Origin: a virus
Strand: one strand, 5' to 3'
Virus genome (UHGV): UHGV-0308106
DNA length: 55,105 nt
Part shown: positions 36,384-44,303 of the stretch, one piece after another
How the letters are laid out: every line of letters begins with the position of its first letter
Numbering within the stretch: position 1 is the stretch's first letter
The notes under the pieces: generated by a model
What the model was told of the DNA's origin: nothing
The model's input: only the letters and a program-made list of their open reading frames with translations
Database searches by the model: none
Program-made: the position numbers and the translations under genes

Positions 36384-36724
36384 AGAAGATTATTTTACTG
36401 ATTGGTTTATTGGGCGCATCTGGAAGTCATGCTGCGCAGGTTATTACCATGCAGTGCGGAAACTTTCGCTTTGAGATGATAGAAAACTCGATGGCGAGAA
36501 TTAATGGTGAGTATGTAACATCTCAGAAAATTACAGAGTTCGGACAGAACGGGGCAAAAGTAGAAATGACGCTTATGCCTGCCAGCGATGGGAATCTGTA
36601 TGGGTTTGAATACATCCATCCTGACGGTAGCAAAAAGCGCTGGCTGAATGTTGAGCTTATCCGCACCAATATGAATCAGGCGCGGATCATTGGCTCGTTT
36701 GATTGTAAGCGCGTGAAGGGGTAA
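36380..36724 (+). CDS. Secreted small protein, satellite paralog of 48549-48893
   Basis: Signal peptide ending SHA/AQ. Conserved QCGxF near the mature N-terminus and DC(K/R)(R/K)VK at the C-terminus. Confidence 0.7.
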   Translation: MKKIILLIGLLGASGSHAAQVITMQCGNFRFEMIENSMARINGEYVTSQKITEFGQNGAKVEMTLMPASDGNLYGFEYIHPDGSKKRWLNVELIRTNMNQARIIGSFDCKRVKG

Positions 36725-36732
36725 GGGGAATC

Positions 36733-37395
36733 ATGCCATTCATTCGACCCGCAAATGAGCAGGATGTAACACAGCTTGTTCAGGACAATGCTAAAGCATC
36801 TGTAACCAATGCGTTACCTGGCATTATTCGTTCGTTCGATCCCGAAACTGTCACCTGCGATGTTGATATAGCCATTACGGCAAGAATGACGAAGGCTGGC
36901 ACAATGGGTGAAGATTTCCAGTATGAGTCCGTCCGCTATCCGATTCTTAACGATTTGCCTGTGGTTTTTCCGCGCGGGGGCGGAGTTACGCTTACTTTCC
37001 CGGTTAAAGATGGTGATGAATGCCTCATCGTATTCTCTTCGCGTTCGATTGATTTCTGGTGGCAGAACGGCGGTGTGCAGGAGCGAGCTGATGGGCGTAT
37101 TTTAGATCTGTCTGATGCGTTCGTTATTCCTGGCCCCCAATCACAGGTAAAGAAGATATCCAATATCAGTACCAACGCTGCGCAGCTGCGTACAGATGAT
37201 GGAGCGGCATTTGTAGAGGTGTCCGCTGGTGGAGCCATTACTATTACCAGCTCTCAAATCACCCTTAACGGGCCCGTGCAGGTAAACGGAACGATCACTT
37301 CCACTGGCGACCAAACGGCCAACGGTATCAGCCAGATTAACCATACCCACGGCGGCGTACAATCAGGCGGCAGCAACACAGGAAAACCACAATGA
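36733..37395 (+). CDS. Central tail spike (Gp138-N / gpV-like), satellite paralog of 49430-50170
   Basis: PGIIRSFDPETVTC..FPRGGG.TLTFPVK.GDECL..DFWWQ.GGVQ, and an apex reading HTHGGVQSGG. Confidence 0.8.
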   Translation: MPFIRPANEQDVTQLVQDNAKASVTNALPGIIRSFDPETVTCDVDIAITARMTKAGTMGEDFQYESVRYPILNDLPVVFPRGGGVTLTFPVKDGDECLIVFSSRSIDFWWQNGGVQERADGRILDLSDAFVIPGPQSQVKKISNISTNAAQLRTDDGAAFVEVSAGGAITITSSQITLNGPVQVNGTITSTGDQTANGISQINHTHGGVQSGGSNTGKPQ

Positions 37396-37571
37396 GCAAT
37401 ATTGAAAAACTGAAACCAGAAGAAAGCGGATCCAGCCAGAATGGTAAGGTTCGTACCTGGCTGGATGATATCAACGGGCAGCCGGAACCAGATGGTATTG
37501 GCAGCTTCGGTGAGAGTGCGATCTGCGAAGAATCACGCACAGCGGAAACCATGCGAAATAACGTAGGGTGA
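37392..37571 (+). CDS. Hypothetical acidic 59-aa protein
   Basis: Hand-translated, beginning MSNIEKLKPEESGSSQNGKV. ATGA overlap with the spike stop. Confidence 0.45.
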   Translation: MSNIEKLKPEESGSSQNGKVRTWLDDINGQPEPDGIGSFGESAICEESRTAETMRNNVG

Positions 37572-37598
37572 CGGTCAGATGACGTGATCTGTAACTTT

Positions 37599-37640
37599 AA
37601 GTAGCGGTGCAGGGGCAGAACTCAGCACGCTACTTTTATT
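37599..37640 (+). terminator. Hairpin plus T-rich tail before the satellite terS
   Basis: AAGTAGCG...CGCTACTT followed by TTATTTT. Confidence 0.5.
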
Positions 37641-37661
37641 TTCTTTGTCAAAAGGTGAACA

Positions 37662-38135
37662 ATGGCGGCATTACCAACAATGGCTAAGGTTATGATTATT
37701 CAATCATTAGCTTGCTACGAACCCCCTTCCAGAATCGTTGAGCTTGTAAAACAAGATTTTGGCATCGTCGTTACCCGGCAGCAGATATCGGCCTACAACC
37801 CTGAAAATACAATGGCAAAAAATCTTAGCCAAAAATGGGTAGAACTCTTTAATCACACTCGCGCCCGCTTCCAGAGTGAAATATCCGAGATCCCTATCGC
37901 TAACAAAGCGTACCGGCTGCGTATGCTCGATCGCATGGCTAACCGTGCAGAGGCAATCAAGAATTACGCATTAACAGCGCAGCTTATTGAACAGGCCGCG
38001 AAAGAGTGCGGGGACGCTTACACCAACAAATTAAAGGTTGAAACAACGGGTAAAGATGGTGGTCCGATCAGAACGGAAACAACGAACTTAACCGCCGAAG
38101 AAGCCGGGGAGGCATACCGCAAATTTATGGGATAA
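37662..38135 (+). CDS. terS: Terminase small subunit (DUF2280-type), satellite paralog
   Basis: Same length (157 aa) as the helper TerS. The C-terminal half is close to identical (LTAQLIEQAAKE.GDAYTNKLKVE.TGKDGGPI.TETTNLTA) and the N-terminal part is diverged. Confidence 0.8.
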   Translation: MAALPTMAKVMIIQSLACYEPPSRIVELVKQDFGIVVTRQQISAYNPENTMAKNLSQKWVELFNHTRARFQSEISEIPIANKAYRLRMLDRMANRAEAIKNYALTAQLIEQAAKECGDAYTNKLKVETTGKDGGPIRTETTNLTAEEAGEAYRKFMG

Positions 38136-38349
38136 CCACCAGCGCCGTGACACGTCACACGCAAAAATAGCACCGCCCATTAATGGGCTGGTGGCACAGC
38201 TTGCATATTGAAATTCCCTGTAAATCTTACAGATCTGGTATTGAGTAACTTACCCCATTCAGCGCCATACATCACAGAGCAGCCTATGGACTACACACAA
38301 AATCAGGCTGCAAATAAATCCTTATATTTCAGTTGATTAAATAATAGCC

Positions 38350-38370
38350 TTGCATTCCTGTACCGGATGC
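38350..38370. repeat. Candidate attR of the satellite
   Basis: Partner of 25628-25648. It overlaps the resumed reading frame of the cement gene. Confidence 0.55.
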
Positions 38371-38849
38371 CTGTTGGCATTGCCGGGGCTATCTCTCGCC
38401 CGCAGGACTTAACCGTCGAACCGGTGATCCTTAAATCCGCTAACGCCTTCGCTGCCTATGGTCTGGCTGGCAAATATGACGCTGACGGCTTTTTCGTGCC
38501 GCTGGCGGACGGTGACACCGCCGACAAGGTGAAGGGGATCTACGTTCGTCCGTATCCGACCACATCGCAGCCAGACATGGTTCGCCAGGTGGGGACGGAT
38601 AAGAACTTCCCGGGTGACGCCATGAAGCGTGGCTACATGACCGTTAATCTCGGTTCTGATTTTGATGCCAGCACCATCAAAAAAGGCGACCCGGTATACG
38701 TTGTCGTCTCCACTGATGAATCCATAAAAGTGCCGCTGGGCGGCTTCATGTCCACGTCCGTCAGTGGCAAAAACGTGGCGCTGACCAACGCCGAATTCAC
38801 AGGGGCCGGTGACGCTAACGGCAATGTAGAAATCTCCTGGAAGATTTAA
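38367..38849 (+). CDS. Capsid cement/decoration protein, with its native 5' end apparently displaced by the insertion
   Basis: Lies between the scaffold and the major capsid gene. There is no SD before the ATG at 38367. The frame upstream reads AFLYR, matching MTAYLY.. at 25624. Confidence 0.7.
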   Translation: MPVGIAGAISRPQDLTVEPVILKSANAFAAYGLAGKYDADGFFVPLADGDTADKVKGIYVRPYPTTSQPDMVRQVGTDKNFPGDAMKRGYMTVNLGSDFDASTIKKGDPVYVVVSTDESIKVPLGGFMSTSVSGKNVALTNAEFTGAGDANGNVEISWKI

Positions 38850-38860
38850 GGAACAGACAA

Positions 38861-39802
38861 ATGATTACTTTTGATCAGGCAACCGTAGATAGCTCCGGTG
38901 CCTTTCTCATCGGGGAGCTGGAGCGACTCGACCAGACGCTGAACCTGCCTCTGGTGGGGTACACCTGGACCCGAGATATTCAACTGCGTGAAGACGTGTC
39001 TATCGCAGATGACATTTCCAGCTGGACGAATACCAGCTTCGCCGCTGCGGGTACTGGTGCAAATCCGAATGGTAAAAACTGGGTAGGCAAAGACTCCACC
39101 GCTATTGCTGGCGTGAACGTGGATATCAGCAAAGACGGCAATCCACTGAACCTCTGGGGTATGGAACTGGGCTGGACCGTTGTAGAGCTGGCAGCTGCTC
39201 AGCAGGTAGGCCGCCCGATTGATACCCAGAAGTACGACGGGATGCAGCTCAAATGGCAGATGGACAACGACGAGCAGGTTTACATCGGTGATGACGCACT
39301 CGGCCTGAAAGGTCTGGCAAACCTCGTCGGTGTGACGCTGAACAACGCGCCGAAGACCTGGGCGAACTCAACCAACGACGAGATCCTCGATAGCGTGAAC
39401 AGCATTCTGTCTAATGCCTGGGCAGCATCCGGTTATTCCATCGTGCCTTCTGATCTGCGCATTCCGCCAGAGCAGTATTCACTGCTGGCGAGCCGTAAGG
39501 TTTCCGAAGCGGGTAACCAGTCACTGCTGACCTATCTGGCTGTGAACACTATCGCTTTCCACCAGAACGGCGTTCCGCTTGAAATCAAAGCGGTCAAATG
39601 GCTGAAAGGGCGTGGGGTTGGCGGTAAAGACCGTATGATCGCCTACACCAACGACAAGAAATACGTGCGCTATCCGCTGGTGCCGTTGCAGAGCGTTCCT
39701 GTCCAGTATCGCGGTCTGTATCAGATTGCGACCTACTACGGCAAGCTCGGTGCGGTTGAGCCAGTGTACAAAGAAACCCTGTCCTACGTGGACGGTATCT
39801 GA
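38861..39802 (+). CDS. Major capsid protein (DUF2184-type)
   Basis: 313 aa. Position and family are recalled from the DUF2213-cement-capsid gene order. Confidence 0.8.
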   Translation: MITFDQATVDSSGAFLIGELERLDQTLNLPLVGYTWTRDIQLREDVSIADDISSWTNTSFAAAGTGANPNGKNWVGKDSTAIAGVNVDISKDGNPLNLWGMELGWTVVELAAAQQVGRPIDTQKYDGMQLKWQMDNDEQVYIGDDALGLKGLANLVGVTLNNAPKTWANSTNDEILDSVNSILSNAWAASGYSIVPSDLRIPPEQYSLLASRKVSEAGNQSLLTYLAVNTIAFHQNGVPLEIKAVKWLKGRGVGGKDRMIAYTNDKKYVRYPLVPLQSVPVQYRGLYQIATYYGKLGAVEPVYKETLSYVDGI

Positions 39803-39843
39803 TAACCAGAACGGCCCCGAAAGGGGCCAGAAGGGAACTGAAA

Positions 39844-40233
39844 ATGGCGAAAGAAAAGCTGGTTACCATCCATGTTCACACCCCGTTTACGCTGACGCTC
39901 GGCGATCAGTCAAAAAGGGAGTTTGGCCGGGGACGGCATAACGTACCGGAAGAGGTCGCGTCGCACTGGTTCACCCAGGCGCACTCCGAGCTTTCCGAAA
40001 GCGTGATTAGCGACACCGATGATCTGCAACCCATTATCGACAGCCTGCAAGCTCAGATTGCCGACAAAGATAAGCAGATTATCGATAAAGATCAGTTGAT
40101 TGCCGATCTGCGAGAAGCGCTGCTCAAGCTGCAAGAGCAGAACGACAGCCTGCAAGCGCAGATTGCTGCCGCCCAGACTGGCGGTAATGGGGCGAAAGAT
40201 GCCAAAGAATCAAAGCCTGCCAACAGTAAGTGA
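39844..40233 (+). CDS. Hypothetical coiled-coil head-associated protein
   Basis: Q/D/K-rich heptad region in the C-terminal half. Confidence 0.65.
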   Translation: MAKEKLVTIHVHTPFTLTLGDQSKREFGRGRHNVPEEVASHWFTQAHSELSESVISDTDDLQPIIDSLQAQIADKDKQIIDKDQLIADLREALLKLQEQNDSLQAQIAAAQTGGNGAKDAKESKPANSK

Positions 40234-40606
40234 TTTTCGGCGCGACTTTCCACAGTTTGCTGACCCTGCCAAATATCCCGAAGCACAAATCCAGTTTCGT
40301 CTGAATCTGGCTGATGTGCTGCTGAGCGAAAACGTCACCGGCAAAGAGTTGTTTCCGTACTTTGTCGAGTTGTTCGTGGCTCACTACATGACGCTCTGGG
40401 CGGCAGATAGCCGGGCAATGCTCGTCGGCGGCCCGGGTGGCTCAACCAATGGTGTTCAGTCCTCCAAGTCCGTTGACAAGGTAAGCGTCAGCTATGACAC
40501 CAGCGCGACGCTAAACCCTGACGCAGGCTTCTGGAATAACACCCGATATGGCGCTGAATTTTATCAGCTGATCACGATGTTCGGTGCGGGCGGTCGCCAG
40601 CTATGA
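40199..40606 (+). CDS. Head-tail connector/adaptor protein (DUF4054-like)
   Basis: [27 protein letters not shown]. Confidence 0.7.
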   Translation: MPKNQSLPTVSDFRRDFPQFADPAKYPEAQIQFRLNLADVLLSENVTGKELFPYFVELFVAHYMTLWAADSRAMLVGGPGGSTNGVQSSKSVDKVSVSYDTSATLNPDAGFWNNTRYGAEFYQLITMFGAGGRQL

Positions 40607-41157
40607 GTTTCAAAAGTGGTGTAACAACGAGGGTTGATAACGCTCAGGCCATTCTGGATGCGCTCCGGTCGCTAACCAAAAAGGATGTGCTGGTGGGCAT
40701 CCCGGAAGAAGACAGCGAGCGTGAGGATGTTCCGTTTGGTAATGCCGGGATCGGTTACGTCAACGAATACGGCTCACCAGCGCAAAACATACCCCCACGC
40801 CCGCACCTGATCCCCGGCGTTAAATCCGTAGAGGAACAGACGGTGCCGCAGCTCAAAGCAGCGGCGCAGGCTGCGCTTGATGGAAATGCGGCGGGTGCGG
40901 AAAGAGCGCTTAACCGCGCCGGAACGCTGGCCGCGAATGGTGTCAGGCGTTACATGACCATTACCGGCTTTACACCGCTTGCTGATAGCACCGTTGAAGC
41001 ACGCGCACGCCGTGGGCGCAAAGGGGCAAAAGAGGAACTTGCGCGGCGCGCTGCTGGTGAGTCTCCTGGAACCGATCTGGTGAAACCGCTAATCGACACC
41101 GGGCAATATCGCAGAGCTATTACCCATATTGTGAGGGATAAAGATGCCGACTCTTGA
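40603..41157 (+). CDS. Head completion / neck protein
   Basis: Coupled ORF in the neck module. Confidence 0.65.
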   Translation: MSFKSGVTTRVDNAQAILDALRSLTKKDVLVGIPEEDSEREDVPFGNAGIGYVNEYGSPAQNIPPRPHLIPGVKSVEEQTVPQLKAAAQAALDGNAAGAERALNRAGTLAANGVRRYMTITGFTPLADSTVEARARRGRKGAKEELARRAAGESPGTDLVKPLIDTGQYRRAITHIVRDKDADS

Positions 41158-41533
41158 TGTAACAGACGTGCTTTTTGACCCCGATTTTTGCGACTTCAAC
41201 CTGTGGGTAACGCGTCGCGCGCAAACGGTGGACGATGACGGGATCGGCAGCGACAGCGAAGTTAAAACGCAGTTTGCCGGGGTTGTTACTGTTGACCGCT
41301 CCCTGGAAAACCGCCGCATGCAGGCCGGGCAGGTTATCAGCGGCGCGATTCTCATCGTGACAACTGAGCGGCTGACGCAGGGGCAGACTGGCCGTGATGC
41401 CGATATCGTGACGTATCAGAACCGTGATTATCGCGTGACATTCGTCGACCCGTATACGGCTTACGGTGCTGGCTTCGTCCAGGCTCATTGTGAATTACTG
41501 CCGTTTGATGGGGGAACTCCCATTGAGCAATAA
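41144..41533 (+). CDS. Neck/tail-joining protein
   Basis: Coupled ORF. Confidence 0.65.
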   Translation: MPTLDVTDVLFDPDFCDFNLWVTRRAQTVDDDGIGSDSEVKTQFAGVVTVDRSLENRRMQAGQVISGAILIVTTERLTQGQTGRDADIVTYQNRDYRVTFVDPYTAYGAGFVQAHCELLPFDGGTPIEQ

Positions 41534-42071
41534 CACCAGCACAGAGCGCGGCTGGCTGATACCAACCAGTGGCGATCCGGATTATGACGAAGCGCTCGAC
41601 AGGCTGCTAAGCCAGTGGATGCGCAATGTTTCCGGCTTGCCGTCTGGAATGGTTCGTCCGCGCTGGCAGAAAAATCAGCCGCCACAGCCACCCGTTGAAA
41701 CGAACTGGTGCGCGTTTGGCGTTACCGGGTTGCTCATTGATAACAACCCTGCATTCACCAATCAGACCGACGAGGGCGCTCAGCTCTGGCGGCATGAAAC
41801 GTTCGAGTGCATGGCGTCGTTCTATGGCCCGGCTGGTATGTCTTATGCGTCCCGTTTTCGCGATGGCATATCTGTCCCGCAAAACAATGCTGAGCTGAAC
41901 GCGCTTGGTTTGTCTCTGGGCGACTATACCGGTCTGACCCCTTTCCCCGAACTTATCAACCAGCAATGGGTTCGCCGCTACGACATGACGGTGCGCCTGC
42001 GCCGGAAGGTCGTGCGCGAGTACGGCATTAAATCGCTGGTGGAAGCGCCAGTCACCTTTTTTGGAGAATAA
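41508..42071 (+). CDS. Tail terminator/neck protein candidate
   Basis: ORF immediately before the sheath gene. The start is uncertain (ATG at 41508 or TTG at 41523). Confidence 0.6.
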   Translation: MGELPLSNNTSTERGWLIPTSGDPDYDEALDRLLSQWMRNVSGLPSGMVRPRWQKNQPPQPPVETNWCAFGVTGLLIDNNPAFTNQTDEGAQLWRHETFECMASFYGPAGMSYASRFRDGISVPQNNAELNALGLSLGDYTGLTPFPELINQQWVRRYDMTVRLRRKVVREYGIKSLVEAPVTFFGE

Positions 42072-42074
42072 ACT

Positions 42075-43235
42075 ATGACGCAGGGCTTACCTGTATCCAA
42101 CGTTGTAAACGTTGATGTGATCATCTCGCCGAAAGCGGCTACTGGTCGTAACTTCGGCGCGCTGCTGATCCTCGGTTCTTCCACTGTCATTCCGGTGCAG
42201 GAGCGCGTTCGCCTTTATGCGTCTGTTGAGGACATTGGCGAGGACTTCGGAGTCGACAGCCCGGAATATGAAGCGGCGCAGGTTTTCTTCAGCCAGTCGC
42301 CGAAGCCGACGCAGGTTTATGTTGGCCGCTGGGCGAAGACGCTGACCTCTTCCGAAGGTGGAAGCGTGGAAACCATCGTGCAAGCTGTTAATGCCTGCCT
42401 GCAGTATACCAACTGGTATGGGCTGGTTGTCGCTGATGATGTTGCTGATGGCGATGATGTGCTTGATGCTGACGACGTGATTGAGGTTGCTAAACTCATC
42501 GAAGCGTCCAGCCTGAGCCGCATTTTCGGGGTAACGTCAGCCGACGCTGAGATCATCAGCACGACTTCGACGACCGATGTTGCGTCTAAATTAAAGGCCG
42601 GTAAGTATACCCGTACCTTTATTCAATATTCCACCAGCAGCCCTTATGCGGCGGTTTCAGCTTTCGGTCGCGCGTTTACTGTCAATTTCAACGGCAGCAA
42701 TACTACCATTACCCTGAAATTCAAACAGGAACCGAGCGTAACCTACGAAACGCTGACGGTAGGACAGGCGGCGGCTGTGGATGCGAAGAATGCGAACGTG
42801 TTCGTGTACTACGCCAACGACACGGCGATCCTGCAACAGGGTGTCATGGCGAACGGTGACTTCTTCGACGAGCGCCACGGGCTCGACTGGTTGCAGAACT
42901 ACGTTCAGACCAACCTCTATAACCTGCTTTACACCAGCACCACCAAAATTCCGCAGACTGATGCCGGTGTGACCCGTCTGCTTTCCAACGTTGAACAGTC
43001 CATGGATCAGTCCGTCACGAATGGTCTGGTAGCGGCTGGCGTGTGGAATGGTGGCCCTATCGGACAGCTGAATTCCGGCGATACGCTGACCAAAGGCTAT
43101 TACGTGTATGCGCAACCGCTGTCCGAACAGGCGCAGGCCGACCGCGAAGCGCGCAAAGCACCGTTAATCCAGGTGGCCTGTAAGCTGGCTGGCGCAGTTC
43201 ATTATGCCGATGTGCAGATCAACGTGGTTCGCTAA
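42075..43235 (+). CDS. Tail sheath protein (DUF3383-type)
   Basis: 386 aa. Position and recalled family. Confidence 0.8.
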   Translation: MTQGLPVSNVVNVDVIISPKAATGRNFGALLILGSSTVIPVQERVRLYASVEDIGEDFGVDSPEYEAAQVFFSQSPKPTQVYVGRWAKTLTSSEGGSVETIVQAVNACLQYTNWYGLVVADDVADGDDVLDADDVIEVAKLIEASSLSRIFGVTSADAEIISTTSTTDVASKLKAGKYTRTFIQYSTSSPYAAVSAFGRAFTVNFNGSNTTITLKFKQEPSVTYETLTVGQAAAVDAKNANVFVYYANDTAILQQGVMANGDFFDERHGLDWLQNYVQTNLYNLLYTSTTKIPQTDAGVTRLLSNVEQSMDQSVTNGLVAAGVWNGGPIGQLNSGDTLTKGYYVYAQPLSEQAQADREARKAPLIQVACKLAGAVHYADVQINVVR

Positions 43236-43245
43236 GGAGCGATAA

Positions 43246-43686
43246 ATGGCAACTTATTCTTTTCTCGATGTAACCGCGTCGCTCACCGGGCCGACCGGAG
43301 TTATCGATCTTGGTCAGGGTTCTGCGAACTCTGAGGAAGGTATCACCCAGACTATGGGCGGCAACAAGAACACCATGACCATCGGTGCCGATGGCGAAGT
43401 GATGCACAGCCTGCACGCCGATAAGTCAGGCACCATTACGGTGACGCTGCTGAAAACCTCCCCGGTGAACAAGAAGCTGTCTCTGGCGTATAACGCGCAA
43501 AGCCAGTCCTCTGCCACCTGGGGAAATAACGTGATCGTCATTCGCAACACGGCATCGGGTGATATTTCTACTGCGCGTTCGTGTGCATTCCAGAAACAGC
43601 CTGATTTCAATAACGCCAAAGAGGGCGGAACCGTAGCCTGGGTATTCGATTGCGGCAAGATTGACCAGCTGCTCGGGGAGTTTTAA
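43246..43686 (+). CDS. Tail tube protein (DUF3277-type)
   Basis: 146 aa, directly after the sheath gene. Confidence 0.8.
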   Translation: MATYSFLDVTASLTGPTGVIDLGQGSANSEEGITQTMGGNKNTMTIGADGEVMHSLHADKSGTITVTLLKTSPVNKKLSLAYNAQSQSSATWGNNVIVIRNTASGDISTARSCAFQKQPDFNNAKEGGTVAWVFDCGKIDQLLGEF

Positions 43687-43689
43687 CGC

Positions 43690-44115
43690 ATGGAATTCGA
43701 AATTAAAGGCGTGAAATATCGCACCGCAAAGCTCAGCGTTTTCGAACAGCTGAAGGTGTCCCGAAAGCTGTTGCCGGTGCTGGCCGGGATGGTTTCTGAC
43801 TTCCGGAGCGTTCAGGAGAAGATCAGCAGCAAAGACACCGAAGGCGCGATGGCTACCATCCTGCCAAAGATTGCCAATGCTGTGTCCGATCTGAGCGATG
43901 GCGACGTTGACGCTATCCTGTTCCCCTGCCTTTCCGTTGTTTCACGCGAGCACATGAAAGGCTGGGTGCCGGTCTGCCAGCATGGCGAAATGGCGTTTGA
44001 CGATATCGACCTGCTGACCATGCTGCAACTGGTGGCGCGGGTGGTCGCCGACTCGCTGGGAAATTTTTTGCAAGGACTCCCTACCAGCGAGACGCCCACC
44101 CCGCCAGCGGAATAA
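43690..44115 (+). CDS. Tail assembly chaperone (short product)
   Basis: Lies between the tube and the tape measure genes. Confidence 0.75.
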   Translation: MEFEIKGVKYRTAKLSVFEQLKVSRKLLPVLAGMVSDFRSVQEKISSKDTEGAMATILPKIANAVSDLSDGDVDAILFPCLSVVSREHMKGWVPVCQHGEMAFDDIDLLTMLQLVARVVADSLGNFLQGLPTSETPTPPAE

Positions 44116-44303
44116 CCTTCAACAGCCTGCCGGGCGGTGAAGACTTTATTCTTCGTCCGGCGCTTGCCTTCCATATTGACCAGAAAGACCTTAACAGCGG
44201 TGCGGTAGACCTCTGCCGTATCGCGCTTCTCAATGACTACCTCGACATGCGCGAGGATAACGACGCCCGGGTAGATAAATGGAGAGCGGCCAATGAGCGG
44301 TAA
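43690..44303 (+). CDS. Tail assembly chaperone, -1 frameshift-extended product
   Basis: Slippery run AAATTTTTTG at 44061-44070. The -1 frame is open from 44001 to 44303 and has no start codon before the slippery run. Confidence 0.6.

Larger units (their letters stand above)
25628..38370. mobile_element. Satellite-like integrative element of about 12.7 kb inserted in the helper head operon
   Basis: Bounded by imperfect 21-bp direct repeats. Has its own integrase, AlpA, primase-helicase and ori, plus paralogs of helper morphogenesis genes. Lacks capsid, portal, TerL, sheath and tube genes. Confidence 0.75.
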
